Positions 1 to 11,083 of a DNA stretch of 64,000 bases are shown here, one piece after another. The stretch's first letter is position 1, and every line of letters starts with the position of its first letter. Location: assembly GCA_963713615.1 (NCBI GenBank), contig CAVQMM010000001.1:3840877-3904876 (forward strand). The letters are read 5' to 3'. The position numbers and the translations under genes are program-made. The notes under the pieces were generated by a model that was not told where the DNA came from, did no database searches, and saw only the letters and a list, made by a program, of their open reading frames with translations. Source of the stretch: an uncultured Chlamydiae bacterium. GTDB taxonomy: Bacteria > Chlamydiota > Chlamydiia > Chlamydiales > JAJFMA01.

Positions 1-2
1 CT

Positions 3-479
3 AGCTGGGAACAAGTCTCTGGGCAAGTCAGTCGTAGTGTTTCATTAGGGCTCTATGGACTTTTTGCTTCTGTGTCGGTGTGGAACCCGACTAATGCGAT
101 TGATAAGTATAATTTATTGGTGGAAGAGCTTCCCGACCGGAGACCTCTGCATCAGCGAATGATTAAACACTTACAGCAGCATAAGGGATTAGTGGCGACA
201 GCAGGTTTGGTCGGTTTAGGTCTATTGGCGCACGTTAGTGCTCCGGGTTATGATACACGCACGCTAGCCGCTCATGAAGGAGCTAAGCAGTTATGGAGCG
301 CTGCTACGGTAGTCACTCAAGCTGCGGCCGTCGTTAATGAGGTGGTGCTGGATTTTACGGCGAGACCAATCTATCGTTATTGGACTAATCGTCCTGACTA
401 TAATGCGTTCAATCAGCTGATACACCAATTGTTGCAGGAGCGAATAGCCAAGCCTTCGCAGGGCGCTATTTTTCCTTAA
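3..479 (+). CDS. Hypothetical membrane protein, 5'-truncated by the window edge
   Basis: The frame of ORF 72..479 stays open back to position 3. It has hydrophobic stretches and shares an L-x-QR-xx-K-x(4)-HK motif with the next ORF. Confidence 0.6.
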   Translation, partial: SWEQVSGQVSRSVSLGLYGLFASVSVWNPTNAIDKYNLLVEELPDRRPLHQRMIKHLQQHKGLVATAGLVGLGLLAHVSAPGYDTRTLAAHEGAKQLWSAATVVTQAAAVVNEVVLDFTARPIYRYWTNRPDYNAFNQLIHQLLQERIAKPSQGAIFP

Positions 480-545
480 TGAATTCTTAACGACCGTTGG
501 GTATACTCTGTTCCTTTTTTATGTGGAGAGGAAAGAGGTAGAGCG

Positions 546-1529
546 TTGTCATCAATGACAGTGAGTTCTTACGGTTATACCCAATGGTTGCCGGTCATAG
601 GTGGTCCTACAATTGTCTTGATGCAATATGCAGAGTCGTGTCGGGATAGTAAGAGCGTTTGGCTGGATAAGCAGGTATTATCCAGAGGCGCGTGCGTCGC
701 TGCTGTGGCTACCTCAGCTGTTGAAGCTTTTGGCCACGCCATTACAACTGTGGGTCTATGCCTCGGACTTACGGGGCGGATTTTGATTCGTGTAGTCAAC
801 CGTGGTTTGGCTGGTGCCATCGGTGCCGTCTGGGGCATGGTTTATGGAAGTCTGTTTACCTTTAGCCTGTCAGTGTGGCTTGGTCGTGTGGTCATGAACG
901 TCTATCTCTTTTCTAGAGATATCAGTATTGCGTGGAAGCACTGGATGGAGCGGACTATTGCTTGTGCAGACCTATTTTGGGTAGGCGTAAGATTGTGGGC
1001 ATTGGCTGGTAAGATTGATGAGACTCTCAGCATTCCATTTAATCAAGAATGTTGCATGCATCACCTAGGGCTGACTTGGAGCCATCTGGCGTTTTCATGT
1101 GCTGGTGCATTAGTCAGCTTTGTCAGTCCGGATATCGTGATACGTAGTTGTAAGGGACATGAATTAGGACGCTCTGTGCCTGCTCCATTTTTGCGGCAAC
1201 GTATTTGGAAGCTGATTTCTAGGCATAAGGCAGTCTCTCTTTCTTGTATGGCTATGATGGCTATAGGTACTGACTATCTCTTGACGAAGCCTAAAAGCGT
1301 ACATGCATATGCGACCAGGATTACGTCAAAGATGAGTGATGTAGGATCTGTTACCATTAGCTGGACTTTTGGTTTGCTAGTTGATATCCCGACGATCATT
1401 TCAAACCTGTCGATATACCTCAAGGAAAGCCTCGTAAAAATTAAGCATGAGAATGAGCTGAACGCAATTCAGTTACATGAAAAAACGGGCAAGTACCCCT
1501 CTGGTTATGAATATCTGGCATTGAATTGA
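546..1529 (+). CDS. Hypothetical multi-pass membrane protein
   Basis: 327-aa ORF with several hydrophobic segments and a GAGG upstream of the TTG start. Confidence 0.6.
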   Translation: MSSMTVSSYGYTQWLPVIGGPTIVLMQYAESCRDSKSVWLDKQVLSRGACVAAVATSAVEAFGHAITTVGLCLGLTGRILIRVVNRGLAGAIGAVWGMVYGSLFTFSLSVWLGRVVMNVYLFSRDISIAWKHWMERTIACADLFWVGVRLWALAGKIDETLSIPFNQECCMHHLGLTWSHLAFSCAGALVSFVSPDIVIRSCKGHELGRSVPAPFLRQRIWKLISRHKAVSLSCMAMMAIGTDYLLTKPKSVHAYATRITSKMSDVGSVTISWTFGLLVDIPTIISNLSIYLKESLVKIKHENELNAIQLHEKTGKYPSGYEYLALN

Positions 1530-1531
1530 TA

Positions 1532-2620
1532 CTATCGCATGCGGGCATACGCATAGACGGACAACGCAACAGCTAATAGCGTTGGAGCTATGAGAGTTGT
1601 CGTTGGCGATGCCAGCTGGCTGTGAGTCAAGGTGTGTCCAACACTCAGTAATATGAAGAAAGCAAAAATTCCGAAGATCGCCGCTGCGAAGACAAAAAAG
1701 ACCCTCAAAGGTCTTCGGTGGGCTACGCAAAAGGGTGCGGGGGCGAGTAATGCAATCATGCAGAGCCATGGAATAGCCATCTTTTTATAAAATGCCGCTT
1801 CGATGACAGCTCTTTCATGGCTTATATGAGAGGACGGGGTGTCATTTTGCGTTTGCCATCGCGATGGTAGTCGTTCCCACAGCTGTGTCAGCGACCTTTC
1901 CGAGGGTGTGGTCAGTTTTTCTGAGAGCTCTGTTAAATCAAAGTGCATTTCGGGAAAGGTCAAGTCCGCGACCATCTCAGTGGGCAATAGGCGTCCCTGA
2001 CCATCGCGGACAAGATGCTGTACAAAATGACCTGTCGGCGGAAAAGGTTCCGGGGTGATGTATTTGATGCGATAGATGTCATTGAATGACTTTAGCCAAT
2101 AGCATTGAAAGAAACGCTCTCGCGCGCGGTCATAGGTCAAGTAAAGAAGAGTGCTGCCATCTTTCAGGTTGATTTTGTGAACAGTGCGGTCGTTGTCAGG
2201 GGCTCTCTCAAGAGAGTGCAGATCTTCCAGACCATTGATCCACTGTAGCGATTGGGGCAGCAGCCATTGTGTATTAACGTAGGCTAAGGAGGTGGCTAGA
2301 AGGCCTACCCACACCAGCGGAAGAAGAAGGCGTGGCATAGAATATCCTGAGGCTCGCATCGCCACAAGCTCCTGACGCAGGTTGGACTGGCACAAAGTCT
2401 TCATACCCGCTATCAGCAATGCGAAAGGCATAAGGACGTCCAAACGCTCGATAAACATATAGAGGTAATATTGGCTGAGTTCACTCAGATTAAGGCCCAG
2501 GCTGCTTGCGCGGCTTGTGTAATCGATGAGGACATAGAGACCGAAGAGGCAACCTAACACTAGGGCAAAGACTTTAAGAAGTTCTTTGAGGAAATAGCGG
2601 TGGAGAATGGTGAGTTTCAT
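1532..2620 (-). CDS. lptG: LPS export permease LptG (YjgP/YjgQ family)
   Basis: N-terminal ILHRYFLKE, ELVAMRASGYS motif and 3+3 TM layout; overlaps the lptF stop. Confidence 0.85.
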   Translation of the reverse strand: MKLTILHRYFLKELLKVFALVLGCLFGLYVLIDYTSRASSLGLNLSELSQYYLYMFIERLDVLMPFALLIAGMKTLCQSNLRQELVAMRASGYSMPRLLLPLVWVGLLATSLAYVNTQWLLPQSLQWINGLEDLHSLERAPDNDRTVHKINLKDGSTLLYLTYDRARERFFQCYWLKSFNDIYRIKYITPEPFPPTGHFVQHLVRDGQGRLLPTEMVADLTFPEMHFDLTELSEKLTTPSERSLTQLWERLPSRWQTQNDTPSSHISHERAVIEAAFYKKMAIPWLCMIALLAPAPFCVAHRRPLRVFFVFAAAIFGIFAFFILLSVGHTLTHSQLASPTTTLIAPTLLAVALSVYAYARMR

Positions 2621-3768
2621 GCTTCTCTTCCCTGGCTAATGCGTCGAAGAGCTTGACAGCAGAGGCCAATAATAACGAGATGAGGTAGCATGTATAGCGT
2701 CAAAGACGCTGAACAGTAGGTGTGGAGGCTCTTAGCTGTAAAAAAACACATCAGATAGGCAGCGCTTAGACCAAGAACCCAGAAGATGCCCTTTTGCATA
2801 TGCCGTGGAGAAACATTGGTGCCAAAGGCTATGCCCATCAGCGTAAAGCTAAAGACCGCTATGGCCAAAGATAGCCGTCGTACAATTTCCGAATAACAGC
2901 CTCCTAGCTTCTTCTTTAGCTTGCTAATGATCTTCTTGGAATGGCCTTGTTCAATGGCATCAGTAATTTCACCGCTGTATTCTTGGGTGCGCAGACGTAG
3001 CAATGACATCTTCAGATAATCGTCTTTGGGCGTCCAAGCCCCTCTGCCCATAAAGAGCGATAGATCCCACGTAGGGAATGTAAAAGTAGCCGCATTTTCG
3101 ATGACTAGGCGGTCTTGGCCATCCGTTTCCTTGCTCTTAAGACCGGAAATGAGCGTGACATTACGACCAAAAAGCGCTACATCAATGGTGCTTAGTTCAC
3201 TGGCCATGAGAAGGTCGATACCCTTGCTGCGCTTATTATAGAGGGCGATAATGAGGTCGTGAGCTTGTTCGCCGGACTTAAAGCCTCCATCAGCTTGGGC
3301 ATAGATGCCCTTAAGCCTGGTGAGCTTTTCATTTTGCAGCAGAATCAGCGGATTGAGCGCTTTAATCTCACGTTTGAGGACACGTTTCATGAGGTGTGAG
3401 TGGGTGGCTAGTTCCGAAATGATATAAAAGTTCGCGATACTTAATAGTGCAGCCATAAGTAGCAGGGGCGTGGCGACGTGAGCCAGACTATACCCACAGG
3501 CCCTCAAAGCTGTAAGTTCCGAACTGTCGGAAAGACGTTGCATCAGAATAATTGTGGAGATGAGCGCCGAGATAGGAATGGCTATCGGTAGGATATAGGG
3601 AATCTGAAAGAGGATGAAGCGCAAAAGATAAGGCAGTGACGCTCCCAACGAGGCAAACTGGGCTATTTCATCCATGCGCGTTGTAAGAAGCACAGCTACA
3701 AAGGAAATAACGCAGAGCGCCAAAACCTTGAGGTATTGTCCAAGCAGAAATCGCCAGACCGTCGGCAT
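2617..3768 (-). CDS. lptF: LPS export permease LptF (YjgP/YjgQ family)
   Basis: PYILPIAIPIS and SELTALRACGYS motifs; start placed at MPTVWRFLL (ATG 3768). Confidence 0.85.
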   Translation of the reverse strand: MPTVWRFLLGQYLKVLALCVISFVAVLLTTRMDEIAQFASLGASLPYLLRFILFQIPYILPIAIPISALISTIILMQRLSDSSELTALRACGYSLAHVATPLLLMAALLSIANFYIISELATHSHLMKRVLKREIKALNPLILLQNEKLTRLKGIYAQADGGFKSGEQAHDLIIALYNKRSKGIDLLMASELSTIDVALFGRNVTLISGLKSKETDGQDRLVIENAATFTFPTWDLSLFMGRGAWTPKDDYLKMSLLRLRTQEYSGEITDAIEQGHSKKIISKLKKKLGGCYSEIVRRLSLAIAVFSFTLMGIAFGTNVSPRHMQKGIFWVLGLSAAYLMCFFTAKSLHTYCSASLTLYMLPHLVIIGLCCQALRRISQGREA

Positions 3769-3868
3769 GAGAGCTACTTTGCTAGAGTCGGAATATTTGA
3801 GAGATTGAGAATACATTAAAACGACGATTTGCTACAATGACTGATCGCAATTAGAGACTTATGCACGC

Positions 3869-4867
3869 ATGGACTTAACAAATCGCCTGCTGACGCAGGT
3901 AGCTACATTTTTGCAGACTTTCCTCGATTCCAACAGGCCTGTGGTTCTAGGGCTATCCGGTGGTGTAGATTCCTTGGCTCTGTTTCATTTGCTGCTCGCC
4001 TATCGAAAAAAGGGACGGCTGGACCTTCGCGTAGCCCACATTGACCATCGCTGGCGCCCGGAGAGTGAGCATGAGGCTGCCGCTCTTGAGAAATTAGCTC
4101 ATCGTGAAGAGATTCCTTTCTATCTGGAAGTTCTTCAAGGCGGGCGTCCATCACGAAATGCTGAAGATATCGCGCGACAAGCTCGCCTGGACTTTTTTGA
4201 ACGCTTATGCCAGCAGATTGAGAGCCAGGCTGTGCTGTTGGGTCACCATGCAGACGATTTAGCCGAGACGACGCTAAAACGTTTGTTTGAAGGGGCTTCC
4301 TTGACACATGGCGCTGCCATGCGACCGACGACTTGGGTAGGTTCGGTGCGGCTATGGCGTCCATTATTGAAAGTGACCAAGCGAGACCTGGCGGCCTGGT
4401 TACAGCAGCAATCTATTATACCTTTTGAAGATAGCACCAATCACGATCCGCATTTCTTGCGCACACGTATGCGGCAAGACATTTTACCAATGCTTTCTCA
4501 GAGCTTCGGTAAAGAGGTGACAACCTCCTTGTGTGCTATTGCTGATGAGTGTCAGGATATCAAAGCTAATCTGACCTGGAGGTTGGATCACTGGCTAGGG
4601 TTGATTCAGCAAGATGAGCAGGGGCATAGCCTTGACTGTACTGGTCAAGGGGTTTTGGATAATGTAGAGGTCAAGTTTTTGATCCGGTATCTTTGTGAAT
4701 GCGAGGGGTTTGTCTTGTCGCGTCAGGCGTTAGAGACTGCTTGTGAGATGTTTTTGCTACGCAAGGCTAATCGAAAAGTTGCCATGGGAAAGAATGTGCT
4801 GTCTATCGATCGGGGTGTGTTGCGGGCTAGAGGAGCCACGGATGTAGAGAGTAAGAAGCGGAGTTAG
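3869..4867 (+). CDS. tilS: tRNA(Ile)-lysidine synthase
   Basis: PP-loop SGGVDS, HIDHRWR, GHHADDLAET, RPLL and EDSTN motifs. Confidence 0.95.
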   Translation: MDLTNRLLTQVATFLQTFLDSNRPVVLGLSGGVDSLALFHLLLAYRKKGRLDLRVAHIDHRWRPESEHEAAALEKLAHREEIPFYLEVLQGGRPSRNAEDIARQARLDFFERLCQQIESQAVLLGHHADDLAETTLKRLFEGASLTHGAAMRPTTWVGSVRLWRPLLKVTKRDLAAWLQQQSIIPFEDSTNHDPHFLRTRMRQDILPMLSQSFGKEVTTSLCAIADECQDIKANLTWRLDHWLGLIQQDEQGHSLDCTGQGVLDNVEVKFLIRYLCECEGFVLSRQALETACEMFLLRKANRKVAMGKNVLSIDRGVLRARGATDVESKKRS

Positions 4868-5152
4868 GATTTAGGAGTTAGGATTTTTTTACCGCCGAGG
4901 CGCAGAGACGCCGAGATAGGAGAGAGAGGGACAGGTGCTCAATCTAACTTTTTTTGTTAAATTGAGGACCTGTTCGGGTAATGCTGGCTCTGGACAAAGT
5001 CCTGTCTAAGGGCTCTACAGAATCATATTTCTACGGGAACCCTTAGACTGGATTTTGTCCAGAGCCAGCAGTAACTGAACATTCTCTCCTAATCCTCTCT
5101 CTCCTATCTCGGCGTCTCTGCGCCTCGGCGGTGAAAAAATCCTAACTCCTCT
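4860..5152. repeat. Palindromic intergenic element family B, copy 1
   Basis: Terminal IRs AGGATTTTTT..ACCGCCGAGGCGCAGAGACGCCGAGATAGGAGAGAGAGG and its reverse complement enclose nested hairpins (GCTGGCTCTGGACAAA, GTCTAAGG..CCTTAGAC, CAGGT..ACCTG). A related copy lies at 60860-61110. Confidence 0.9.
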
Positions 5153-5156
5153 CCTC

Positions 5157-6134
5157 TTAACTCTTCCTTCCTAGATCGACTTCTGCGTAGGTGCGACGTA
5201 AGCCCTCAGTCAATGGTGTGGAGGCTGTCCAGCCTAGCGCATTGATTCGCGACACATCAGTCACCTTGCGCGGTGTTCCGTCAGGCTTGCTACTGTCCCA
5301 CACAAAGCGTCCTGAATAGCCTACCGTCTGAGCGATTACGATAGCCAGCTCGGCGATGGTTAAATCCTCGCCACAGCCAACGTTTACAAGAGGCGCATGG
5401 GGTAGTTTGGGGTTAACCAGAGCGTCATATTGCGAGTCGGGAAGATTACATAAAAATATCGCTGCTTGAGCTAGGTCAGGGCCATAGAGAAACTCGCGAC
5501 GTGCTTTCCCTGTGCCCCACAACACAACCTCTGATGCCCTATCCATTTTTGCGTTATGCATCTTGCGCATTAATGCTGGTATGACATGGGAGTTTTCTAG
5601 GTCGTAATTATCTCCAGGACCATAGAGGTTGGTAGGCATCAAGGCGATATAGCGTGTGCCAAATTGGCGATTGTAAGACCAGCACATTTCAATCCCAGCG
5701 ATCTTAGCAACTGCGTAAGGGCGATTGGTGGGTTCTAAGGGACCAGACAAAAGATATTCTTCGCGCATGGGTTGAGGACAATCTCTAGGATAGATGCATG
5801 TTGATCCCAGAAAAATCAGCCTTTTAACATTGTGTTGTCTGGCTACCTCGATGAGGTTGCTCTGGATCATCAGATTCTTGTAGATGAAGTCAGCTGGATA
5901 GATATTATTGGCATGGATACCACCAACCTTGGCCGCTGCGATGAACAGAAATTCGGGTTTTTCTTCGGCAAAGAGCTTCCGCACGACGGCCTGATCTGTC
6001 AGATCGGCTTCTTTGGAAGAATAGCCGATCACATGATGATAGCCCAGGGACTTTAATTCGCGAGTTATTGCCGATCCAACCAACCCTTGGTGACCAGCGA
6101 CATAAATTTTGGCATCTAACGGCATGTAAGGCAT
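5157..6134 (-). CDS. fcl: GDP-L-fucose synthase
   Basis: VAGHQGLVGSA, AAAKVGGIHAN, LGSTCIYP, YAVAK and KPDGTPRK motifs; AGGAGG RBS before ATG 6134. Confidence 0.95.
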   Translation of the reverse strand: MPYMPLDAKIYVAGHQGLVGSAITRELKSLGYHHVIGYSSKEADLTDQAVVRKLFAEEKPEFLFIAAAKVGGIHANNIYPADFIYKNLMIQSNLIEVARQHNVKRLIFLGSTCIYPRDCPQPMREEYLLSGPLEPTNRPYAVAKIAGIEMCWSYNRQFGTRYIALMPTNLYGPGDNYDLENSHVIPALMRKMHNAKMDRASEVVLWGTGKARREFLYGPDLAQAAIFLCNLPDSQYDALVNPKLPHAPLVNVGCGEDLTIAELAIVIAQTVGYSGRFVWDSSKPDGTPRKVTDVSRINALGWTASTPLTEGLRRTYAEVDLGRKS

Positions 6135-6148
6135 AGAAGAATCTCCTC

Positions 6149-7258
6149 CTAAGCTCCGACTGTTGCAGCGGGAGCGGACAGCCCCTGATGCTGCATGGCG
6201 TGATGAAGATCTGCCCGGACCATTTCGGACACGAGTTCCGAGAATGTTGTTTGTGGAGTCCATCCCAAAAGTTTCTTGGCCTTGCTGTTGTCACCAAGAA
6301 GCGTCTCAACTTCCGTAGGACGAAAATAGTTGGGATCGACCTGGATGACAGGCTGACCATGAAGGCGGGCTCCTCGCCCATGTAGACAGCGGGCAAGGCC
6401 CACTTCGTCGGAGCCTTCCCCGGTCCATTCGATATCGATATCCAGCTCACCAAAAGCTCTTTCAGCAAACTCCCGAACCGAATGTTGCTCGCCGGTGGAA
6501 ATAACAAAATCCTCAGGAGTAGCTTGTTGAAGCATCAGCCACTGAGCTTCGACATAATCACGGGCATGACCCCAATCGCGCAGGGCATTAAGGTTGCCGA
6601 GGTATAGACAGGCTTGCGAACCTAGGTAAATGTTCGCGACAGCTTGGGTGATCTTGCGGGTAACAAAGGTTTCCCCACGCCTTGGAGATTCGTGATTAAA
6701 TAGAATGCCGTTGCAGGCAAACATGTTATACGCTTCGCGATAGTTGATCGTCATCCAGTAGGCGTATAGTTTGGCTGCTGCATAAGGCGATCGCGGATAA
6801 TGCGGAGTACTCTCACGTTGGGGAATTTCTTGCACAAGGCCATAAAGCTCCGAAGTCGACGCCTGGTAGAAGCGCGTTTTGTTCTCAAGTCCTAGAATGC
6901 GAATGGCTTCAAGCAGACGCAACGGACCCATTGCGCAAGTATTTGCCGTGTATTCCGGGTTAGCAAAGGAAACCTTCACATGACTTTGTGCTGCGAGGTT
7001 GTAAACTTCATCTGGTTGAATCTGCTGAACCACTCGAATTAAGCTAGTTGCATCGGTAAGGTCGGCATAGTGTAAAAAAAAGCGCTGGCCTGGTGTATGC
7101 GGATCCTGATATAGGTGATCAATACGGGACGTGTTAATGATCGATGAATTGCGCTTGATGCCGTGAACCTGGTATCCTTTGGAGAGGAGCAGTTCAGCCA
7201 GATAAGAGCCATCCTGGCCTGTTATTCCCGTGATGAGGGCGCACTTTTTATGAACCAT
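6149..7258 (-). CDS. gmd: GDP-mannose 4,6-dehydratase
   Basis: [35 protein letters not shown] and [16 protein letters not shown] motifs. Confidence 0.97.
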   Translation of the reverse strand: MVHKKCALITGITGQDGSYLAELLLSKGYQVHGIKRNSSIINTSRIDHLYQDPHTPGQRFFLHYADLTDATSLIRVVQQIQPDEVYNLAAQSHVKVSFANPEYTANTCAMGPLRLLEAIRILGLENKTRFYQASTSELYGLVQEIPQRESTPHYPRSPYAAAKLYAYWMTINYREAYNMFACNGILFNHESPRRGETFVTRKITQAVANIYLGSQACLYLGNLNALRDWGHARDYVEAQWLMLQQATPEDFVISTGEQHSVREFAERAFGELDIDIEWTGEGSDEVGLARCLHGRGARLHGQPVIQVDPNYFRPTEVETLLGDNSKAKKLLGWTPQTTFSELVSEMVRADLHHAMQHQGLSAPAATVGA

Positions 7259-7538
7259 GTGGTCCTCCTAAGAATGAGTTGGTAGAAAAGGTTCAAAAGA
7301 TGGCTATGGCACACCATAAAAACAGCAGCAGCGTAACTCTGAACTCTATTATTTCGCCAGCGGAAAACGCAGAGCAAAGCTGTCTTTTCGACCGGTGGTT
7401 GTGGAGGGTGTTGAATGGTGCAAGTTACCGGTTGAAGCCGAATACTTTATGTGATATAATTAATAGTTAGCCCAGGTCTGGGCGCCGAGCAGGCCTTTTA
7501 GGCATGCTCGTAAATCTCCTCGTGATTGATAGGTAGCT

Positions 7539-10286
7539 ATGAGCAATGATAACAAAGAAACCAAGAAAGGCTTTCCTAATAGCTTTATTCTGTTTTTGAT
7601 GGCCGCAGTTTTGTTGGTCCTCATGGTACAGAATTTTATGGATACAAAGCCCGCCCAAGTATCCTTCAGCTATCAGGTAGAGCATTTAGTCAATTTAGAC
7701 CTCATTCAGCCCGATGAAAGCCAAAAGATTGCTGACCATGACAACCTGGTTACTTTTAGCGGCAAGTTTCGTCAGCGGCTTACCGACGAAGGCAAGAATC
7801 GCTATAAATACCTCGAATTATTGGACACTCACCATGAGCTGATCCTAGCCAAATCTGACCTTCAGACTGAGTTGACGCAGTTACGCGCAAAGATCACAAA
7901 TGCTGGGGAATGGTTTCTATACCTTAGTGGCCTATCAATACCTCCTAAAGGCTATGTCATCGTCGATGACCTCTACAACACCTTGGACCGCGACAATAGC
8001 GTTATCCTTCACAATTTACCCAAGAAGAGTGTTGAAAGTTACTCCGACCTCCGAGAAGAGCTTCGCGGTCTGGACCAAAACCCCACTGATCGGGGGCTGA
8101 AAGACTTTGGTAAATCCTTATCTGTTCTACTAAGAAACTTCCGTTCTCCGATGCTAGGCATTGGCAATGTTCCCATTAAACAGCACCTCGACCATTTAGA
8201 TCGCTCCGTTATCGATGCTGACGCTCCAGACCTTTCGCCTAAAGCTCGCTTAGATATTTATAACGGTGTCATGGACGGTCTTGCCGAGGTGATTGGTGGA
8301 TTAAACACTGAAGACGAGCATATGCGCTTATCTAAGCTCCGCAGTGTGCGTAATTACAAAGACGCTGTTGAACAGTACGAAGGTGTTCTCACTAAACTAG
8401 AGGACAACCAGCTTCAGCTTGATAAAGCCCGTGAGGCTGTCGCTGAGGTCGTATGGTTTTTCAACAACCAAGAGCTATCCACCAAGCAGCTGGAGAAGCA
8501 AGATCCCGAGGTCTACCATCAGTGGTTCCTGCATACCAAAGATGAATGGGATCATTTTACTGAGAACCGTGGCGGCGTATTCCGCGCTCCCGATCAGCCT
8601 TTGAACCTCGTTCTTGAAAAGACTTTTAAGAGCCAGGAGCCTTCTCCAAACTATGTGAGCTATCTGTTTACCCTGATGCCTGCAATTTTGGTCTTGCTAG
8701 TGCTCTACTTCCTCTTCACCAGACAGATGAAGGGTGTCGGCACTAATGCCATGAACTTTGGCAAATCACCAGCGAAGATGCTCATCAAAGGAAGTACTAA
8801 AATTACTTTTAAGGATGTGGCTGGGGTTGACGAGGCTATTGAAGAGCTTCAGGAGATTGTGGAGTTTCTGAAAGCTCCTCACAAATTTACTTCTCTAGGC
8901 GGGCGTATTCCCAAAGGCGTTCTATGCATTGGGCCTCCAGGAACCGGTAAGACTCTGATTGCAAAAGCTGTTGCTGGAGAGGCTGATCGTCCTTTCTTCT
9001 CGATCTCAGGTTCTGACTTCGTCGAGATGTTTGTAGGCGTTGGAGCTTCCCGTATTCGTGATCTATTCGACCAAGCCAAAAAGACGGCCCCATGCATCAT
9101 CTTTATGGATGAAATTGATGCCGTAGGGCGTCATCGTGGTGCTGGTATTGGCGGTGGTCATGATGAGCGCGAGCAGACCCTAAACCAGCTTTTGGTTGAA
9201 ATGGACGGTTTCGACACCAATGACGGTGTCATTTTGATGGCGGCGACAAATAGACCTGACGTGTTGGATAAGGCGTTACTGCGTCCAGGACGTTTTGACC
9301 GTCGTGTGATCATCAATCTGCCAGATATTAAAGGGCGCTTTGATATCCTAAAAGTCCATGCTCGCAAGATTAAGTTAGACAGTACAGTGGACTTAATGGC
9401 TGTTGCGCGCAGCACACCGGGTTCTAGTGGAGCGGATTTGGCGAACTTGCTTAATGAAGCAGCTCTGTTAGCGGCGCGTAGAGGTCGGACGGCAGTAACG
9501 GCTCAAGAAGTTGGTGAGGCTCGCGATAAAGTTCTGTATGGTAAAGAGCGGCGCAGCCTCGAGCTGGACGAGAACGAGAAGAAGACAACGGCCTTTCATG
9601 AATCAGGTCATGCGGTTGTCGGTCTAGTTGTGGAGCATGCCGATCCAGTGGATAAGGTGACAATTATTCCTCGAGGGATGTCCTTAGGAGCCACCATGTT
9701 CTTGCCTACAAAGAATCGTGTCAGTTACTGGAAGAAAGAACTCATTGACCAGTTAGCTGTCTTGATGGGCGGACGTGCTGCCGAGGAGGTCTTCGTTGGT
9801 GATGTTTCTAGCGGCGCGCAGCAAGACATTGAGCAAGCCACACACCTGGCTCGCAGCATGGTCTGTGAGTGGGGCATGAGCGAGGGGCTGGGCACGGTTG
9901 CTTACGACGAGCGCTCTGAAGGTGGCCAATATCTGGGCATGCAGGGATATTATGAGAAGAAATATTCCGAGGCCACAGCGCAGCGCATCGATGAAGAAGT
10001 ACGTCGTCTAGTCGAGGCGGGCCATGAAACCGCGGTCAAAATTATCAAGGAACGTGGCGATCAGGTAAAGTTGATGGCTGAGATGTTGATGGAGTTTGAG
10101 ACTCTCGACATGGAAGACGTTCAGCTGATTGTTAGCGACAAATGGGATATGGAAGAAAAGCGCACACGTCTGCAGAGAATCGAAGAGCGTTTTAGAAAGC
10201 CTAGGGCAACTCCGCCACCTCCTCCGCCAGAGGAACCGTCAGCTGAGTTAGGCAAGAACCCCTCAGTGTCAAGATCACCGGCGTAA
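7539..10286 (+). CDS. ftsH: ATP-dependent zinc metalloprotease FtsH (long chlamydial type)
   Basis: Walker A GPPGTGKT, Walker B FMDEID, SRH and HESGH zinc motif; large periplasmic domain between two TMs. Confidence 0.97.
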   Translation: MSNDNKETKKGFPNSFILFLMAAVLLVLMVQNFMDTKPAQVSFSYQVEHLVNLDLIQPDESQKIADHDNLVTFSGKFRQRLTDEGKNRYKYLELLDTHHELILAKSDLQTELTQLRAKITNAGEWFLYLSGLSIPPKGYVIVDDLYNTLDRDNSVILHNLPKKSVESYSDLREELRGLDQNPTDRGLKDFGKSLSVLLRNFRSPMLGIGNVPIKQHLDHLDRSVIDADAPDLSPKARLDIYNGVMDGLAEVIGGLNTEDEHMRLSKLRSVRNYKDAVEQYEGVLTKLEDNQLQLDKAREAVAEVVWFFNNQELSTKQLEKQDPEVYHQWFLHTKDEWDHFTENRGGVFRAPDQPLNLVLEKTFKSQEPSPNYVSYLFTLMPAILVLLVLYFLFTRQMKGVGTNAMNFGKSPAKMLIKGSTKITFKDVAGVDEAIEELQEIVEFLKAPHKFTSLGGRIPKGVLCIGPPGTGKTLIAKAVAGEADRPFFSISGSDFVEMFVGVGASRIRDLFDQAKKTAPCIIFMDEIDAVGRHRGAGIGGGHDEREQTLNQLLVEMDGFDTNDGVILMAATNRPDVLDKALLRPGRFDRRVIINLPDIKGRFDILKVHARKIKLDSTVDLMAVARSTPGSSGADLANLLNEAALLAARRGRTAVTAQEVGEARDKVLYGKERRSLELDENEKKTTAFHESGHAVVGLVVEHADPVDKVTIIPRGMSLGATMFLPTKNRVSYWKKELIDQLAVLMGGRAAEEVFVGDVSSGAQQDIEQATHLARSMVCEWGMSEGLGTVAYDERSEGGQYLGMQGYYEKKYSEATAQRIDEEVRRLVEAGHETAVKIIKERGDQVKLMAEMLMEFETLDMEDVQLIVSDKWDMEEKRTRLQRIEERFRKPRATPPPPPPEEPSAELGKNPSVSRSPA

Positions 10287-10617
10287 GGACGAAAAGGACA
10301 TAAAGAGGTGATTGCGGAAGTCCTTGCGACGCCGAAACAGCCATTAAAGCCCTCACAATCATGCTTCGGCCCGCAGCGCTTTGGAGTGCGCGTCGCTCGC
10401 GACCGCTTTGGATTTGGGCGAAGTTGGCATTGCAAGAAACGTAACCCTTCTCTCTAGGGGTAACTGTGTGTGTGTGGGGGGCAGCCTCCAAAGAACGGTG
10501 CGCGATTCAATAGGCTCACCCAAATCCAAAGCGGTCGCGAGCGACACGCACTCCAAAGCGCTGCGCGCCGGGTGATGGTTCTCAGGGCTTAGGTTAAGGC
10601 CTACCTGGCGATGCCAT
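10287..10617. repeat. Nested palindromic element family A, copy A1 (core a)
   Basis: Arms GCAGCGCTTTGGAGTGCG..TCGC..GCGACCGCTTTGG and reverse complement around core a, with partial outer layers. Confidence 0.9.
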
Positions 10618-10632
10618 AGCCGATTTGGAGCT

Positions 10633-11061
10633 TTACAATAGCTGACCATACACCAGGATACCGCCTAACGCTGCTGTTGTTGCTACTAATGCCACTAGCA
10701 CCACCAGTGCGACCAGATAGGGGCCCCTAGGAGCTTTAAAGCGCATGATCGCCGTAGCAATCATCCACACACCTGTTATCATACCTAGAGCTCGGTGCGC
10801 CAAGAAGTAGGGTTCCATTTGGGGTGAGAACGTCGCGCCCTCGCTGAAGAACCAACCTGTGATGACGGTGGGTACTACCATAATTGCGGCGACCACCAAC
10901 ATAAACTTCGCGGCATGGTCATAAAGTGGATTACGCCTCCATGAATACAAAAGCTCCGCAACGCCTGTCATTAATGCTAAGGCGATAGGAAAATGCACGA
11001 GAGCTGGATGCAGGTGTCCAATTTTTTGCATGATCTGATCATTCCAGAGGTCGCTTAACAT
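10633..11061 (-). CDS. DUF2231-like membrane protein
   Basis: HLHPALVHFPIAL N-terminal motif and four TM helices. Confidence 0.75.
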   Translation of the reverse strand: MLSDLWNDQIMQKIGHLHPALVHFPIALALMTGVAELLYSWRRNPLYDHAAKFMLVVAAIMVVPTVITGWFFSEGATFSPQMEPYFLAHRALGMITGVWMIATAIMRFKAPRGPYLVALVVLVALVATTAALGGILVYGQLL

Positions 11062-11083
11062 AATCCCTCCTAAACTTTACTGT

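Noticed and set aside
6135..6263. N-terminal extension of Fcl
   Set aside because: It overlaps gmd, and a strong AGGAGG precedes ATG 6134.
7600..8650. Large FtsH periplasmic insertion; also the long IspG
   Set aside because: Both are known lineage features.
10121..10649. Short ORFs recurring across family A/C elements (e.g. ALECASLATALDLGE, MAMPWPVAIST, PLPDVILPI)
   Set aside because: They are translations of the DNA repeats in varying frames, with no RBS or consistent start/stop.
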